36,214 nt of DNA from Cryomorphaceae bacterium (lineage in GTDB: Bacteria > Bacteroidota > Bacteroidia > Flavobacteriales_D > Cryomorphaceae). This document shows positions 9,711 through 18,164 of this stretch, piece by piece. A model generated the notes under the pieces. The model was not told where the DNA came from. It saw only the letters and a program-made list of their open reading frames with translations, and searched no databases. The position numbers and the translations under genes are program-made. The first letter of the stretch is position 1. Each line of letters begins with the position of its first letter. Location of the stretch: the NCBI GenBank assembly GCA_036796255.1, contig DAIRDH010000024.1:9186-45399 (forward strand). The letters are read 5' to 3'.

Positions 9711-10112
9711 ATGCAATCAATGACCTTTCAGGAAGCAACGAACATGGTAAGGCAATTTCACGATGCCTTTGGTATAGCCAATGCCACGGAACCCACAGCC
9801 AATTTAGGCACGGATGAATCACTCCTGCGCTATACCCTTATGCGCGAAGAAAATGAAGAGTACCTCGAAGCTGCCCGCAACGGCGACCTGGTGGAGATTG
9901 CAGATGCCCTCGGCGATATGCTCTACATTCTGTGTGGCACCATGCTCAAGCACGGATTGCAAGACAAGATGGAAGCAGTATTTCGCGAAATACAGGCCAG
10001 CAACATGAGCAAGCTCGATATGAATGGCAAAGCCATATACCGTGCAGATGGCAAAGTGCTAAAAAGCGAACTTTACCGCAAACCCGATATTGCTACCGTC
10101 CTTGAAAATTGA
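9711..10112 (+). CDS. MazG-like nucleotide pyrophosphohydrolase family protein (small all-alpha NTP-PPase)
   Basis: 133 aa reading REENEEYLEAARNGDLVEIADALGDMLYILCGTMLKHGL, which carries the characteristic EExxE...D metal-binding helices. Confidence 0.8.
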   Translation: MQSMTFQEATNMVRQFHDAFGIANATEPTANLGTDESLLRYTLMREENEEYLEAARNGDLVEIADALGDMLYILCGTMLKHGLQDKMEAVFREIQASNMSKLDMNGKAIYRADGKVLKSELYRKPDIATVLEN

Positions 10113-10137
10113 CCTCAAAAAGCAGCTCAATGCTGCG

Positions 10138-10611
10138 ATGACAAGCCCATGGGCTTTAAGAAAACTCAACTGGATGTTGTGGTTGGGCATTCCTTTTAAC
10201 CATCCCCACCGCATCGCGATTTATAAGGTTGAGCCCGACGCTTTGGTGACCCGCATCAGGCGTATGCGCAAAAACACCAACCACATTGGTGGCATCCATG
10301 CCTGTGGCCTTGCCACTGCCGCTGAGTTTTGCAGCGGATTGGTGCTGCTCCGCAGACTCGATCCCCGCGAATACAGGCTCATCATGCAAAAGATTGAAGT
10401 GCAATACCACTACCAGGCAAAGAAAGATGCAATGGCGCGATTTGCCATGGACGACGCCCACTTTGAAAACAGCATACTTCAGCCCTTGCAAAAAGAAGGT
10501 GTAGCCCTGCTCACCTGCGAAGTACCCGTGCACGATGTGGAAGGCAATCACCTCTGCACCGCGTATACCACCTGGCATGTGAAGCCATGGGCGCAGGTGC
10601 GCACGAAGTGA
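10138..10611 (+). CDS. DUF4442 hotdog-fold (thioesterase-like) protein
   Basis: LRKLNWMLWLGIPFNHPHRIAIYKVEP...HIGGIHACGLATAAEF...YHYQAKKDA matches the DUF4442/YiiD_C pattern. The ATG at 10138 is preferred over the track start at 10090, which lies inside the MazG-like gene. Confidence 0.7.
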   Translation: MTSPWALRKLNWMLWLGIPFNHPHRIAIYKVEPDALVTRIRRMRKNTNHIGGIHACGLATAAEFCSGLVLLRRLDPREYRLIMQKIEVQYHYQAKKDAMARFAMDDAHFENSILQPLQKEGVALLTCEVPVHDVEGNHLCTAYTTWHVKPWAQVRTK

Positions 10612-10707
10612 AAAAATCGATCAATTAGAGACGATCTCCTTTAGAAGTGAAAGCTCGAATTTAGGATAATCTCGCCAGAAGCCATATGCGCTGTTATCAG
10701 TTCGCCC

Positions 10708-11925
10708 TTATTTTTCGATTTTTGTAAGCCAATCTAATGCATTAACTTTTTTAATTCCATTATAAGTGCCAGTTTCGTAGTCCATTGTGATCAAAAGTTT
10801 TTCATGATGGTCGGCAATACTGTTTAATGGAGCTAACTCACGCTCTAATGTCGTTGCGTTTTGTGTTGTTTGCGAAACTTGTATGTATTGTGTAAAACCT
10901 TCGTTGTTGCGAACAACAAAATCAACCTCTAAATTATTGGTTTTACCTATCCATACTTGATGGTTCCTGCGCTTCAGCTCGAGATAAATTATATTTTCAA
11001 GTAAATGTCCTGCATCGCTTGCCAATTCTTTTCCAAGTAAAGCGTTGCGAAAACCTAAATCCACCAAATAGTACTTTTCCTGTGTTGCCAAATGCTGTTT
11101 CCCTTTGATGTCATAGCGGTTTACTTTGTAAAACAAATAGGCTTCAACCAAAGTGTCAATGTACTTTGATACCGTTTTGTTGTCAATTTTCTTCTTGTTT
11201 GCCGTTAAAACTTTCGCAATGTTTCCTGCTGAAACGTTTGAACCAACCGAGTCGATTAAGAAGTTTACAACTTCCTGGTAGGATGCTTCAGCATAAATGG
11301 TATAACGTTTAGAAATATCGTTGTCGTAAATGTTTTTGAAAACTGTTTGCAAATATTCATTTGCAAAATGATTTCCGTCTGCTGAAAGTTTCACTGCTTC
11401 GGGAAAACCACCCGTGCGCACGTATTCGGAAAAAGCACGGTCAGGGTTTGAAGTGTTGCCAGTAAACTCAACATATTCAGCAAAAGAAAAGGGTAATACA
11501 TGTATTTCATAAGCTCTACCCGTGAGCAAAGTTGCCAATTCGCTTGATAATAAAAATGCATTCGAACCTGTAACGTACAAGTCTATATTTGGGTGAACGA
11601 ACAAGCCTTCCAACAGTTTTTCAAATTCGGGCACGTTTTGCACTTCGTCAATGAACACGTAATTGGTTACATTTTTTTTGAGATGATTAATGATGTAATC
11701 GTATATCTCTTTCCAGTTCTTCTCTGCTAAAAATCGGAACTCAGGCATATCCATATTGATTGCCACAATGGATACTTTGCCGTTTTCTTTACGCAGCAGT
11801 TTTTGAAACTGTGTCATTAAAGTTGATTTCCCACAGCGCCTAACTCCCGTGGCAACCTTAATTAAGTTCTTGTCTTTAAGAATACTCAGTGTATCGAGGT
11901 ACCGTTTACGTGCTATTGTTTGCAT
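10708..11925 (-). CDS. AAA family ATPase with AAA_14 N-domain and DUF4143 C-domain
   Basis: 405 aa with Walker A (ATGVRRCGKSTL), Walker B (YVFIDEVQNV), then a DUF4143-like C-terminal domain. The gene is markedly AT-rich relative to its neighbours. Confidence 0.85.
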   Translation of the reverse strand: MQTIARKRYLDTLSILKDKNLIKVATGVRRCGKSTLMTQFQKLLRKENGKVSIVAINMDMPEFRFLAEKNWKEIYDYIINHLKKNVTNYVFIDEVQNVPEFEKLLEGLFVHPNIDLYVTGSNAFLLSSELATLLTGRAYEIHVLPFSFAEYVEFTGNTSNPDRAFSEYVRTGGFPEAVKLSADGNHFANEYLQTVFKNIYDNDISKRYTIYAEASYQEVVNFLIDSVGSNVSAGNIAKVLTANKKKIDNKTVSKYIDTLVEAYLFYKVNRYDIKGKQHLATQEKYYLVDLGFRNALLGKELASDAGHLLENIIYLELKRRNHQVWIGKTNNLEVDFVVRNNEGFTQYIQVSQTTQNATTLERELAPLNSIADHHEKLLITMDYETGTYNGIKKVNALDWLTKIEK

Positions 11926-11944
11926 AGGGTAAAGATAAACGGTA

Positions 11945-11980
11945 TTCCTAAAACTATGCTAAAATCAAAACCTTTAGGAA
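11945..11980. promoter_or_regulatory. Inverted repeat TTCCTAAA-N20-TTTAGGAA in the upstream region of the DUF4143 ATPase gene
   Basis: Perfect 8-bp arms at 11945-11952 and 11973-11980, about 20-55 bp upstream of the minus-strand start at 11925. It could be an operator or a promoter-associated structure. Confidence 0.3.
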
Positions 11981-12128
11981 TATAAAGGAATGGTTTTTTG
12001 GTCATTTGGATTATCGTTTGTAAAACGATAGGCTTTGTCATCTGAAGTCCGTCTGATCAATGTCATCCGTGTTAGGCTTGCTATGTCGTTTTTCCAGGGT
12101 GACCGATAACATGTGGCTAGGCCTGATA

Positions 12129-12620
12129 TCACCCAATCCGCCTGCGCAAATCAGCCATCTTCACCGCGGCTACGGCAGCTTCGACTCCTTTGTTGCCATG
12201 CTTTCCGCCGGAGCGGTCGCGGGATTGCTGAATGTTGTCGTCGGTGAGCACGCAGAAAATGGCGGGAACGCCAGTCTTGATGCCTACATCTTTGATGCCC
12301 TGGGCCACGGCCTGGCATACAAATTCGAAGTGGCGTGTCTCGCCCTGAATTACGGAACCGATGGCAACGATTGCATCCACCTTGCCTGACTCGGCGAGCC
12401 ATAGCGATGCCACGGGCAACTCAAAACTGCCGGGCACATGATGTATTTCAATATTTTCCGGAAGGGCACCCAGCTCAGCGAGTGCCTCACGGGCTCCCTG
12501 CCTTAAGGGTGTGGTGATCTCTTCATTCCACGCGGAAACCACGATGGCAAAGCGAAATGGCTTGGCAGAGGGCGTGTTCGCCTTGTCGAAATCGGAAAGA
12601 TTTTTTCCCGCGGTAGCCAT
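12129..12620 (-). CDS. ribH: 6,7-dimethyl-8-ribityllumazine synthase
   Basis: 163 aa reading FRFAIVVSAWNEEITTPLRQGAREAL...HHVPGSFELPVA...AIVAIGSVIQGETRHFEFVCQAVAQGI, a classic RibH sequence. Confidence 0.95.
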   Translation of the reverse strand: MATAGKNLSDFDKANTPSAKPFRFAIVVSAWNEEITTPLRQGAREALAELGALPENIEIHHVPGSFELPVASLWLAESGKVDAIVAIGSVIQGETRHFEFVCQAVAQGIKDVGIKTGVPAIFCVLTDDNIQQSRDRSGGKHGNKGVEAAVAAVKMADLRRRIG

Positions 12621-12623
12621 GCA

Positions 12624-13301
12624 TCAACCTCCTACACGTGCAATGTAGCTCTCGATATTTCGCGCTTCATTGCTGGTGGGAAATTTCTCCTTGATTTTCT
12701 TGTAATTGGCAAGGGCTTTGTCAAAATCGCCCTGATCCTCATACACAAGGGCGGCTTTCTTCAAATACACCGGGGCGGTAAGCGGATTGTCAGAATGGCT
12801 TACGGCCTTCTCAAAATAGCCAACAGCCTTGCCCAGATTCCCCAGCTCTACATAAGCATCGCCAATGGTGCCACGCGAAACGGCTCCCAGCATGTGGTCG
12901 CTTAGGTCGGCTTGCTCCAGGTAAGAAATGGCCCGCTGATAGTCGCCCATGTTGTAATAAATTACACCTGAATAATATGCCGCTAACTCACCCGCCTGTG
13001 TGCTGCTGTATTCATTGGCTATGTATTCAAAGCCGTAATACGATTCATCACCTTCAAGTGCGCGCTGCATGGAATCCACTTCAAACCAGTATTCAGCTTT
13101 CCAAAGCAGCTCCATTCCTTCTTCATTCTTGGGAAAAAGATACAGGCGCGTTACCGCAAAATAGCCCACAAAAAGCAATACAATGATACCTCCAATAATG
13201 AGGAGCACCTTGCTGTTGTCTTCAACATATTGCTCAGTTTTTGAATAAACCTTTTGTACGTCTACAATGGTTTCGTCTTCTGTATTTTTCTTTTTGGCCA
13301 T
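12624..13301 (-). CDS. Tetratricopeptide-repeat protein with N-terminal TM anchor
   Basis: 225 aa with one TM helix (LLIIGGIIVLLFVGYFAV) followed by TPR-like repeats (YYSGVIYYNMGDYQRAISYLEQA; LGNLGKAVGYFEKAV; YEDQGDFDKALANYKKI). Probably co-transcribed with ribH, with a 3-nt gap between them. Confidence 0.75.
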   Translation of the reverse strand: MAKKKNTEDETIVDVQKVYSKTEQYVEDNSKVLLIIGGIIVLLFVGYFAVTRLYLFPKNEEGMELLWKAEYWFEVDSMQRALEGDESYYGFEYIANEYSSTQAGELAAYYSGVIYYNMGDYQRAISYLEQADLSDHMLGAVSRGTIGDAYVELGNLGKAVGYFEKAVSHSDNPLTAPVYLKKAALVYEDQGDFDKALANYKKIKEKFPTSNEARNIESYIARVGG

Positions 13302-13361
13302 AGCCGGGGTATTAATTCAAGCCGCAAAAATAGACTTTTTTATATTCTACTGCCTGAGAAA

Positions 13362-13369
13362 TGGTAATT
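13362..13369 (+). promoter_or_regulatory. Bacteroidetes-type -7 promoter element TAATTTTG upstream of recF
   Basis: Exact match to the TAnnTTTG consensus, 14 nt upstream of the recF ATG. A T-rich tract lies about 25 nt further upstream. Confidence 0.35.
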
Positions 13370-13382
13370 TTGTCGAAAGACT

Positions 13383-14495
13383 ATGCTACTAGCCGAACTC
13401 AGCCTGGTAAACTTCAAGAATTACCGCGACGCGAGCCTTCAATTTGACCCCAATGTCAACATATTTACCGGCCTCAACGGGCAAGGAAAGACCAACCTGC
13501 TCGATGCGGTGCACTACCTCTCAACCTGTAAGAGCTATTTCAACCCCATCGACGTTCAAAACATTCAACACGGAGAAGATTTCTTCGTGGTGGAAGGTCT
13601 TTTTCAAAACGGAGACGGCAGCGACAAGATATACTGCGGGGTAAAGCGCGGACAGAAAAAAGTCTTTCGCAAAAACAAGGAAGAATACGAGCGCCTTGCG
13701 GAGCACATTGGTCAATACCCTTCCGTGGTGATCTCTCCTTACGACAAAGACCTCATCAGCGAGGGCAGTGAAGTGCGCCGTCGCTTTATGGACAGTATTA
13801 TTTCGCAGTACAAGCGCAGCTACCTTGATGCCCTGATGGATTACAACCGCATTCTGAAGCAGCGCAACAGCCTGCTGCGCTACTTTTGGGAAAACCGCAC
13901 CTTCGATGCGGATAACCTCGAGGTGTGGAACATGCAGCTTCGGGAGCTTGCTCAAATCATTTTTGCCGAAAGGCAGCGCTACATCGCTGAATTCAACCCC
14001 ATATTCATGGGCCACTACGAAGCCATCAGTGGCGGCCGCGAGCAGGTGGAAGTGCGCTACAAAAGCGATCTCGAAACCGGCAATTTTGCGGAAACGCTGG
14101 CCCAGAGCAAGGAAAAAGACCGCCGCACCAGCTATACCAATGTGGGCACGCACAAGGACGATCTCAAGTTTAGCATTGGCGGGCATCCGCTCAAGAAATT
14201 CGGGTCGCAAGGCCAGCAAAAAACTTTTCTAATCGCGCTGAAGTTGGCGCAATTCGACCTCGTGAAGCGCGCCACGGGCCGCATGCCGGTGCTGCTGCTC
14301 GACGATATTTTCGACAAAATAGACGATGTGCGGGTGCAGCACCTGATGCATCTCGTGAATGATCATAACTTTGGGCAGATATTTATCACCGATACCCACA
14401 GTGGTCGCGTTCGCGACATATTCAAGGGTATAGCACACAGCGTCAAGGTTTTTGACGTGCAAAACGGAGAGGTACATGAAGCGCAAAGACAATGA
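13383..14495 (+). CDS. recF: DNA replication and repair protein RecF
   Basis: 370 aa with an N-terminal Walker A (IFTGLNGQGKTNLLDAV), the RecF signature region and a C-terminal Walker B/D-loop (LLLDDIFDKID). Confidence 0.95.
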   Translation: MLLAELSLVNFKNYRDASLQFDPNVNIFTGLNGQGKTNLLDAVHYLSTCKSYFNPIDVQNIQHGEDFFVVEGLFQNGDGSDKIYCGVKRGQKKVFRKNKEEYERLAEHIGQYPSVVISPYDKDLISEGSEVRRRFMDSIISQYKRSYLDALMDYNRILKQRNSLLRYFWENRTFDADNLEVWNMQLRELAQIIFAERQRYIAEFNPIFMGHYEAISGGREQVEVRYKSDLETGNFAETLAQSKEKDRRTSYTNVGTHKDDLKFSIGGHPLKKFGSQGQQKTFLIALKLAQFDLVKRATGRMPVLLLDDIFDKIDDVRVQHLMHLVNDHNFGQIFITDTHSGRVRDIFKGIAHSVKVFDVQNGEVHEAQRQ

Positions 14496-14769
14496 AGAAC
14501 CCCTCGGCGACGTAATTGACCGCCTGCTCAAAGCTTACGGGCTCGAGGATGGCTATTACGCTGCTGCCATCGTAACCCACTGGGAAAAAATGATGGGCGC
14601 TGCCATTGCGCGGCGCACCAAGGAAGTGAAGCTGGTGAAGGGCAAGCTCATTATTAGCCTCGACTCGGCCACACTCAGGCAGGAGCTCAGCTATGCCAAA
14701 GCGACCATTGCCGCCCGTATCAACAAGGAAGTGATGCCAGGCCTGGTCAAAGAAGTGGAGTTGAGGTAA
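14476..14769 (+). CDS. dciA: DUF721 / DciA-like protein
   Basis: A small basic protein starting MKRKDNEEPLGDVIDRLLKAYGLED and continuing ...KLVKGKLIISLDSATLRQELSYAK, which is the DUF721 pattern. The start overlaps the recF 3' end by 20 nt. Conserved recF-DUF721 synteny supports the call. Confidence 0.75.
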   Translation: MKRKDNEEPLGDVIDRLLKAYGLEDGYYAAAIVTHWEKMMGAAIARRTKEVKLVKGKLIISLDSATLRQELSYAKATIAARINKEVMPGLVKEVELR

Positions 14770-14877
14770 ATCGCTTAATCAGCAATTTATTGGCGACTCA
14801 AAATCCGGAAATTAGAAGATTTAATGGCCTGGCCTGCTTAAATTGTAGGCTTGTAAACTGCACAAGACAATAAAAGC

Positions 14878-15873
14878 ATGGAACACAATCTCGTATGGGG
14901 CATCATGGGCGCCGGCAACATCGCCCACAAAATGGCTAAAGCACTGCAAATCAGCTCCCACAGCACTTTAAAAGCGGTGGCCTCGAAAAGCCCTGAAAAG
15001 GCCCGCGCATTTGCCAAAGCCAACGGGAACATCATTCCTTACAGCTACTCTGCACTGGTCGAAGATCCTGAAATCGAGGTGATATATATCGCTACGACCC
15101 ACAATTTTCACTTCGAGAATGCCATGCTTGCATTGGAACACGGCAAGCATGTGCTGATCGAAAAGCCATTTACGGTAAATGCCGACCAGGCGAAAAAACT
15201 TGTGGCTGCCGCCCAGTCGCGCAAGCTGTTCCTCATGGAAGCCATCTGGACACGGTTCTTGCCCAGCTATCAGCTTTTGCGGAAGCAGTTGCAAAACGGG
15301 ATCATTGGCGAAGTAAAGCTCATCAGCATCCACTTTGGCGGATTCACCCCGCCTCACTATGCCGAGCGCCTGCGCGACCCGGCACTTGCGGGCGGAGTAA
15401 CGCTCGACATGGGCATCTACCCTATCACGTTTGCGTGCTATATGCTGGGTGCCCTGCCCGAAGAGATCAAATCCATGGCCCGGTTTAGCGAGCGCGGCGT
15501 CGATGAAGTGGCCACTTACAATTTTCGATTTCCCGCTGGTTGCTTTGCGCAAATCAGCACCAGCTTCAACTTGCTGATGAAGAACGAAGCGACGATTTAC
15601 GGATCTGAAGGCTACATCAGCTTTCCCAATTTCCTCTCTGGCGACCGCTATACTGTATCCCATCACGGTGGCAGCAAGCTTATTACCCACACCGAGGAGA
15701 TGCACGAAAGCATGCACGACAATGGCTTTGTGTACCAGGCCGATGAGGTGGAGCGCTGCCTGAAAGTAGGGCGGCTGGAGAGCACCGCCATTCCGCTTGC
15801 CGAGACCGTTGGGATCATGGAAGTCATGGACCAAATGCGCGCTGAGTGGGGCCTTAAGTACCCCTTCGAATAG
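14878..15873 (+). CDS. Gfo/Idh/MocA family NAD(P)-dependent oxidoreductase
   Basis: 331 aa with an N-terminal Rossmann motif (WGIMGAGNIAHKMAKAL) and the EKP motif (VLIEKPFTVNADQAKKL). Confidence 0.9.
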   Translation: MEHNLVWGIMGAGNIAHKMAKALQISSHSTLKAVASKSPEKARAFAKANGNIIPYSYSALVEDPEIEVIYIATTHNFHFENAMLALEHGKHVLIEKPFTVNADQAKKLVAAAQSRKLFLMEAIWTRFLPSYQLLRKQLQNGIIGEVKLISIHFGGFTPPHYAERLRDPALAGGVTLDMGIYPITFACYMLGALPEEIKSMARFSERGVDEVATYNFRFPAGCFAQISTSFNLLMKNEATIYGSEGYISFPNFLSGDRYTVSHHGGSKLITHTEEMHESMHDNGFVYQADEVERCLKVGRLESTAIPLAETVGIMEVMDQMRAEWGLKYPFE

Positions 15874-15897
15874 AAGCAAATGGTAAAGTGCAGCCAT

Positions 15898-15950
15898 AAA
15901 AAAACCACCTTCGAGAGGTGGCTTGCAATCATGGTTGGAAGGTGGTTTTA
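15898..15950. terminator. Bidirectional intrinsic terminator between the convergent oxidoreductase and ndk genes
   Basis: A7-CCACCT-TCGAG-AGGTGG hairpin at 15905-15921. On the minus strand it reads CCACCUCUCGAAGGUGG followed by U7, which terminates ndk. An outer AAAACCACCTT / AAGGTGGTTTT inverted repeat at 15901-15949 followed by a U-rich tract serves the plus strand. Confidence 0.7.
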
Positions 15951-16370
15951 TCCTACTATTTCCCTTTCGGAAAAATGAAAAGCGCTTTCGATGGCTGCAT
16001 TCTCATCACTGTCAGAGCCGTGCACTGCATTTTTAGCTTTTGACTCAGCGTATTTTTTGCGGATGGTACCCTCGGCTGCATCGGCAGGATCGGTAGCCCC
16101 GATGAGTTCGCGGAAATCAGCTACAGCATTGTCTTTTTCAAGAATGGCCGCCACGATGGGGCCTGAAATCATGTAATCAACGAGCTCCCCAAAGAACGGA
16201 CGCTCTTTGTGAACTGCGTAAAAAGTCTCTGCATCTTTGCGTGAAAGGCGTGTGAAACGCATCGCTTTGATGGTAAATCCTGCATCGGTGATCATTGCGA
16301 GGATATGACCGATGTGGTTGGATTCAACCGCATCAGGCTTGATCATTGTAAAAGTTCTGTTGGTGGCCAT
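15948..16370 (-). CDS. ndk: Nucleoside diphosphate kinase
   Basis: 140 aa reading [30 protein letters not shown]...[15 protein letters not shown], which includes the active-site His in NAVHGSD. Confidence 0.95.
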   Translation of the reverse strand: MATNRTFTMIKPDAVESNHIGHILAMITDAGFTIKAMRFTRLSRKDAETFYAVHKERPFFGELVDYMISGPIVAAILEKDNAVADFRELIGATDPADAAEGTIRKKYAESKAKNAVHGSDSDENAAIESAFHFSEREIVG

Positions 16371-16427
16371 TGTAAATGGAGTTATATATATTTCAAAAAT
16401 CGGCGCAAAGGTAATCCATTCGCTCAG

Positions 16428-17246
16428 TTATTCAACGGGGTATTTGCCGAGTAGCATTTTTTGAAAAATATGCTTCGGAAGCACGCGGTTCAGCGAAAGC
16501 GAGAGCCGCTGCACGAAGCTGGCGGCAGGATAGCGCATGCGTGGATTTTCTTTGCCAATGATTTTGGCAACGATCCGTGCCACCATTTCCGGGTCTTTGG
16601 CAGAAGCCACTTCAGAAGCTATATGCTTATAATTGAATTGAAACACGTCATAATATGGAGAATCGGGACGCTTGCTGCGCTCGGCTACAAGGCGGTTGCT
16701 GTTGATATTGGTACGCACATCACCTGGTTGCACAATGCTTACGCGGATCTTGGCTGGCCTGAGCTCCATGCGCATGGTTTCTGAAAAGAGGTCGAGCGCA
16801 CTTTTACTGGCACAGTATACGCCCCTGAAAGGCAATCCAAACTCACCGGCGATGCTGGAAATGTTTACAATCCAACCGCCCCCTTGTGCCCGCATGTGGG
16901 GTATAGCCGCCCGGCAGCACTCGAGCACACCGAAAACGTTGGTTTGAAATACTTCGGCCACTTCAGCGGAAGATGCTTCTTCAACCGCTCCGGCAAATCC
17001 GACGCCGGCATTGTTGACCAGCACATCAATTCGGCCCTCTTTTTCGATAAGGTAAGCTATGGCTGAGTGTATGGAGCTTGAATCCTTGAGGTCGAGCCTG
17101 AGCATGGTCACGCCTTCGAGAAGCTCACCATTGGTGGCTTTTCGGCTGCTGCCGTATACTTTATGACCTTGTTGCTTGAGATATTTGCAAGTAGCGAGAC
17201 CGATGCCTGATGAACCGCCGGTAACTAGAACTACTTTATGACTCAT
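16428..17246 (-). CDS. SDR family NAD(P)-dependent oxidoreductase
   Basis: MSHKVVLVTGGSSGIGLA is a TGxxxGxG motif, NNAG is present, and the YxxxK catalytic motif appears as YCASKSAL. The ATG at 17246 is preferred. The ORF-track start at 17276 is a GTG sitting in an A/T homopolymer-containing leader. Confidence 0.9.
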   Translation of the reverse strand: MSHKVVLVTGGSSGIGLATCKYLKQQGHKVYGSSRKATNGELLEGVTMLRLDLKDSSSIHSAIAYLIEKEGRIDVLVNNAGVGFAGAVEEASSAEVAEVFQTNVFGVLECCRAAIPHMRAQGGGWIVNISSIAGEFGLPFRGVYCASKSALDLFSETMRMELRPAKIRVSIVQPGDVRTNINSNRLVAERSKRPDSPYYDVFQFNYKHIASEVASAKDPEMVARIVAKIIGKENPRMRYPAASFVQRLSLSLNRVLPKHIFQKMLLGKYPVE

Positions 17247-17575
17247 GATGAAAAAAAAAGTGGGCAAGCTACTCACATCGCACCGCTACAACCACATACC
17301 CTTGCTACATTCCTGTCCTGGGGGAGTTCTGCAGGAGCTGGTCGTATGAGACTTGCCCGCGGCAAAAGTACAACTCATTTATAATTTGGCAACAAAAAAT
17401 AATTAATGCGCCAATAATGCTTTTGAATCAACACCTTGGCAAATCAAATAAGCGACACCAGTCGGGACAGACCGCTTTGAGTCCCAATCCATATGCCAAA
17501 TTCAGACCTGAAAAAACCGTACATCTAAGTATTATTCCATTTAAAATAAAACTTCCCTCGCTTTTGGATCGCAAT

Positions 17576-17583
17576 GCTACATT
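17576..17583 (+). promoter_or_regulatory. Bacteroidetes-type -7 promoter element TACATTTG upstream of the DUF4199-GT2 operon
   Basis: Exact TAnnTTTG match 20 nt upstream of the ATG at 17604. It lies inside the longer ORF-track prediction starting at 17574, which argues for the shorter CDS. Confidence 0.35.
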
Positions 17584-17603
17584 TGCGTAAAAGCGTCTAC
17601 GAT

Positions 17604-18164
17604 ATGAAAAATCAAAACCTTATCAATATCGGTATTATCACCGGTGTGGCCTCCATCATTGTTTTTCTGCTTCAAGCGCTGGCCGGTGGCGGGATGATGC
17701 TTTCATTCGGAATTGGCATGATTTCGCTTGTCGTGGTCATCGCAGTGCCCATCGTTTACATTCGCAAGCAGCGTAAAGAAAATGCCGGGTATATCACCTT
17801 CGGCGATGCTTTTAAGATGGCCTTCATCGGCTTGCTTATTGGCGGGGTTATCTCTACGCTATTCTCAGCAGCATATATCAATTTCGTAGATCCCAATTAC
17901 CTTGATGACCTCATCATTCGCACCCTTGAAGGTCAAAAGCGCTTTATGGAAGGCAATATGCCTCAGGCGCAAATGGAAGAGATTATGCGGGAGACCGAGC
18001 AAGGCATACGCGACGGCATGACGCCACTGGGTATGCTGAAGACTTTTGGCTATTATGTGCTCTTTTTCCTGGTTCTTTCTCTTATTTTTGCAGCTTTCCT
18101 TAAAGTGAATCCACCGGAAGGCCAGGACAATCTCGACGCCGGCGAAATCAAAAACGCACATTGA
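17604..18164 (+). CDS. DUF4199 family membrane protein
   Basis: About 186 aa with multiple TM helices (IGIITGVASIIVFLLQALAGG; MISLVVVIAVPIVYI; FIGLLIGGVISTLFSAAYI; YYVLFFLVLSLIFAAFL) and a central amphipathic segment. This family is typically paired with a GT2 gene in Bacteroidota. Confidence 0.7.
   Translation: MKNQNLINIGIITGVASIIVFLLQALAGGGMMLSFGIGMISLVVVIAVPIVYIRKQRKENAGYITFGDAFKMAFIGLLIGGVISTLFSAAYINFVDPNYLDDLIIRTLEGQKRFMEGNMPQAQMEEIMRETEQGIRDGMTPLGMLKTFGYYVLFFLVLSLIFAAFLKVNPPEGQDNLDAGEIKNAH

Noticed and set aside
12060-12389. 109-aa plus-strand ORF and 83-aa minus-strand ORF (12151-12402) overlapping ribH
   Set aside because: RibH on the minus strand is unambiguous. These are alternative-frame or antisense artefacts.
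13521-14219. 232-aa minus-strand ORF inside recF
   Set aside because: Antisense to a highly conserved RecF CDS, so it is a shadow ORF.
14968-15897. 309-aa minus-strand ORF inside the Gfo/Idh/MocA gene
   Set aside because: Antisense to a confidently assigned oxidoreductase, with no domain signature.
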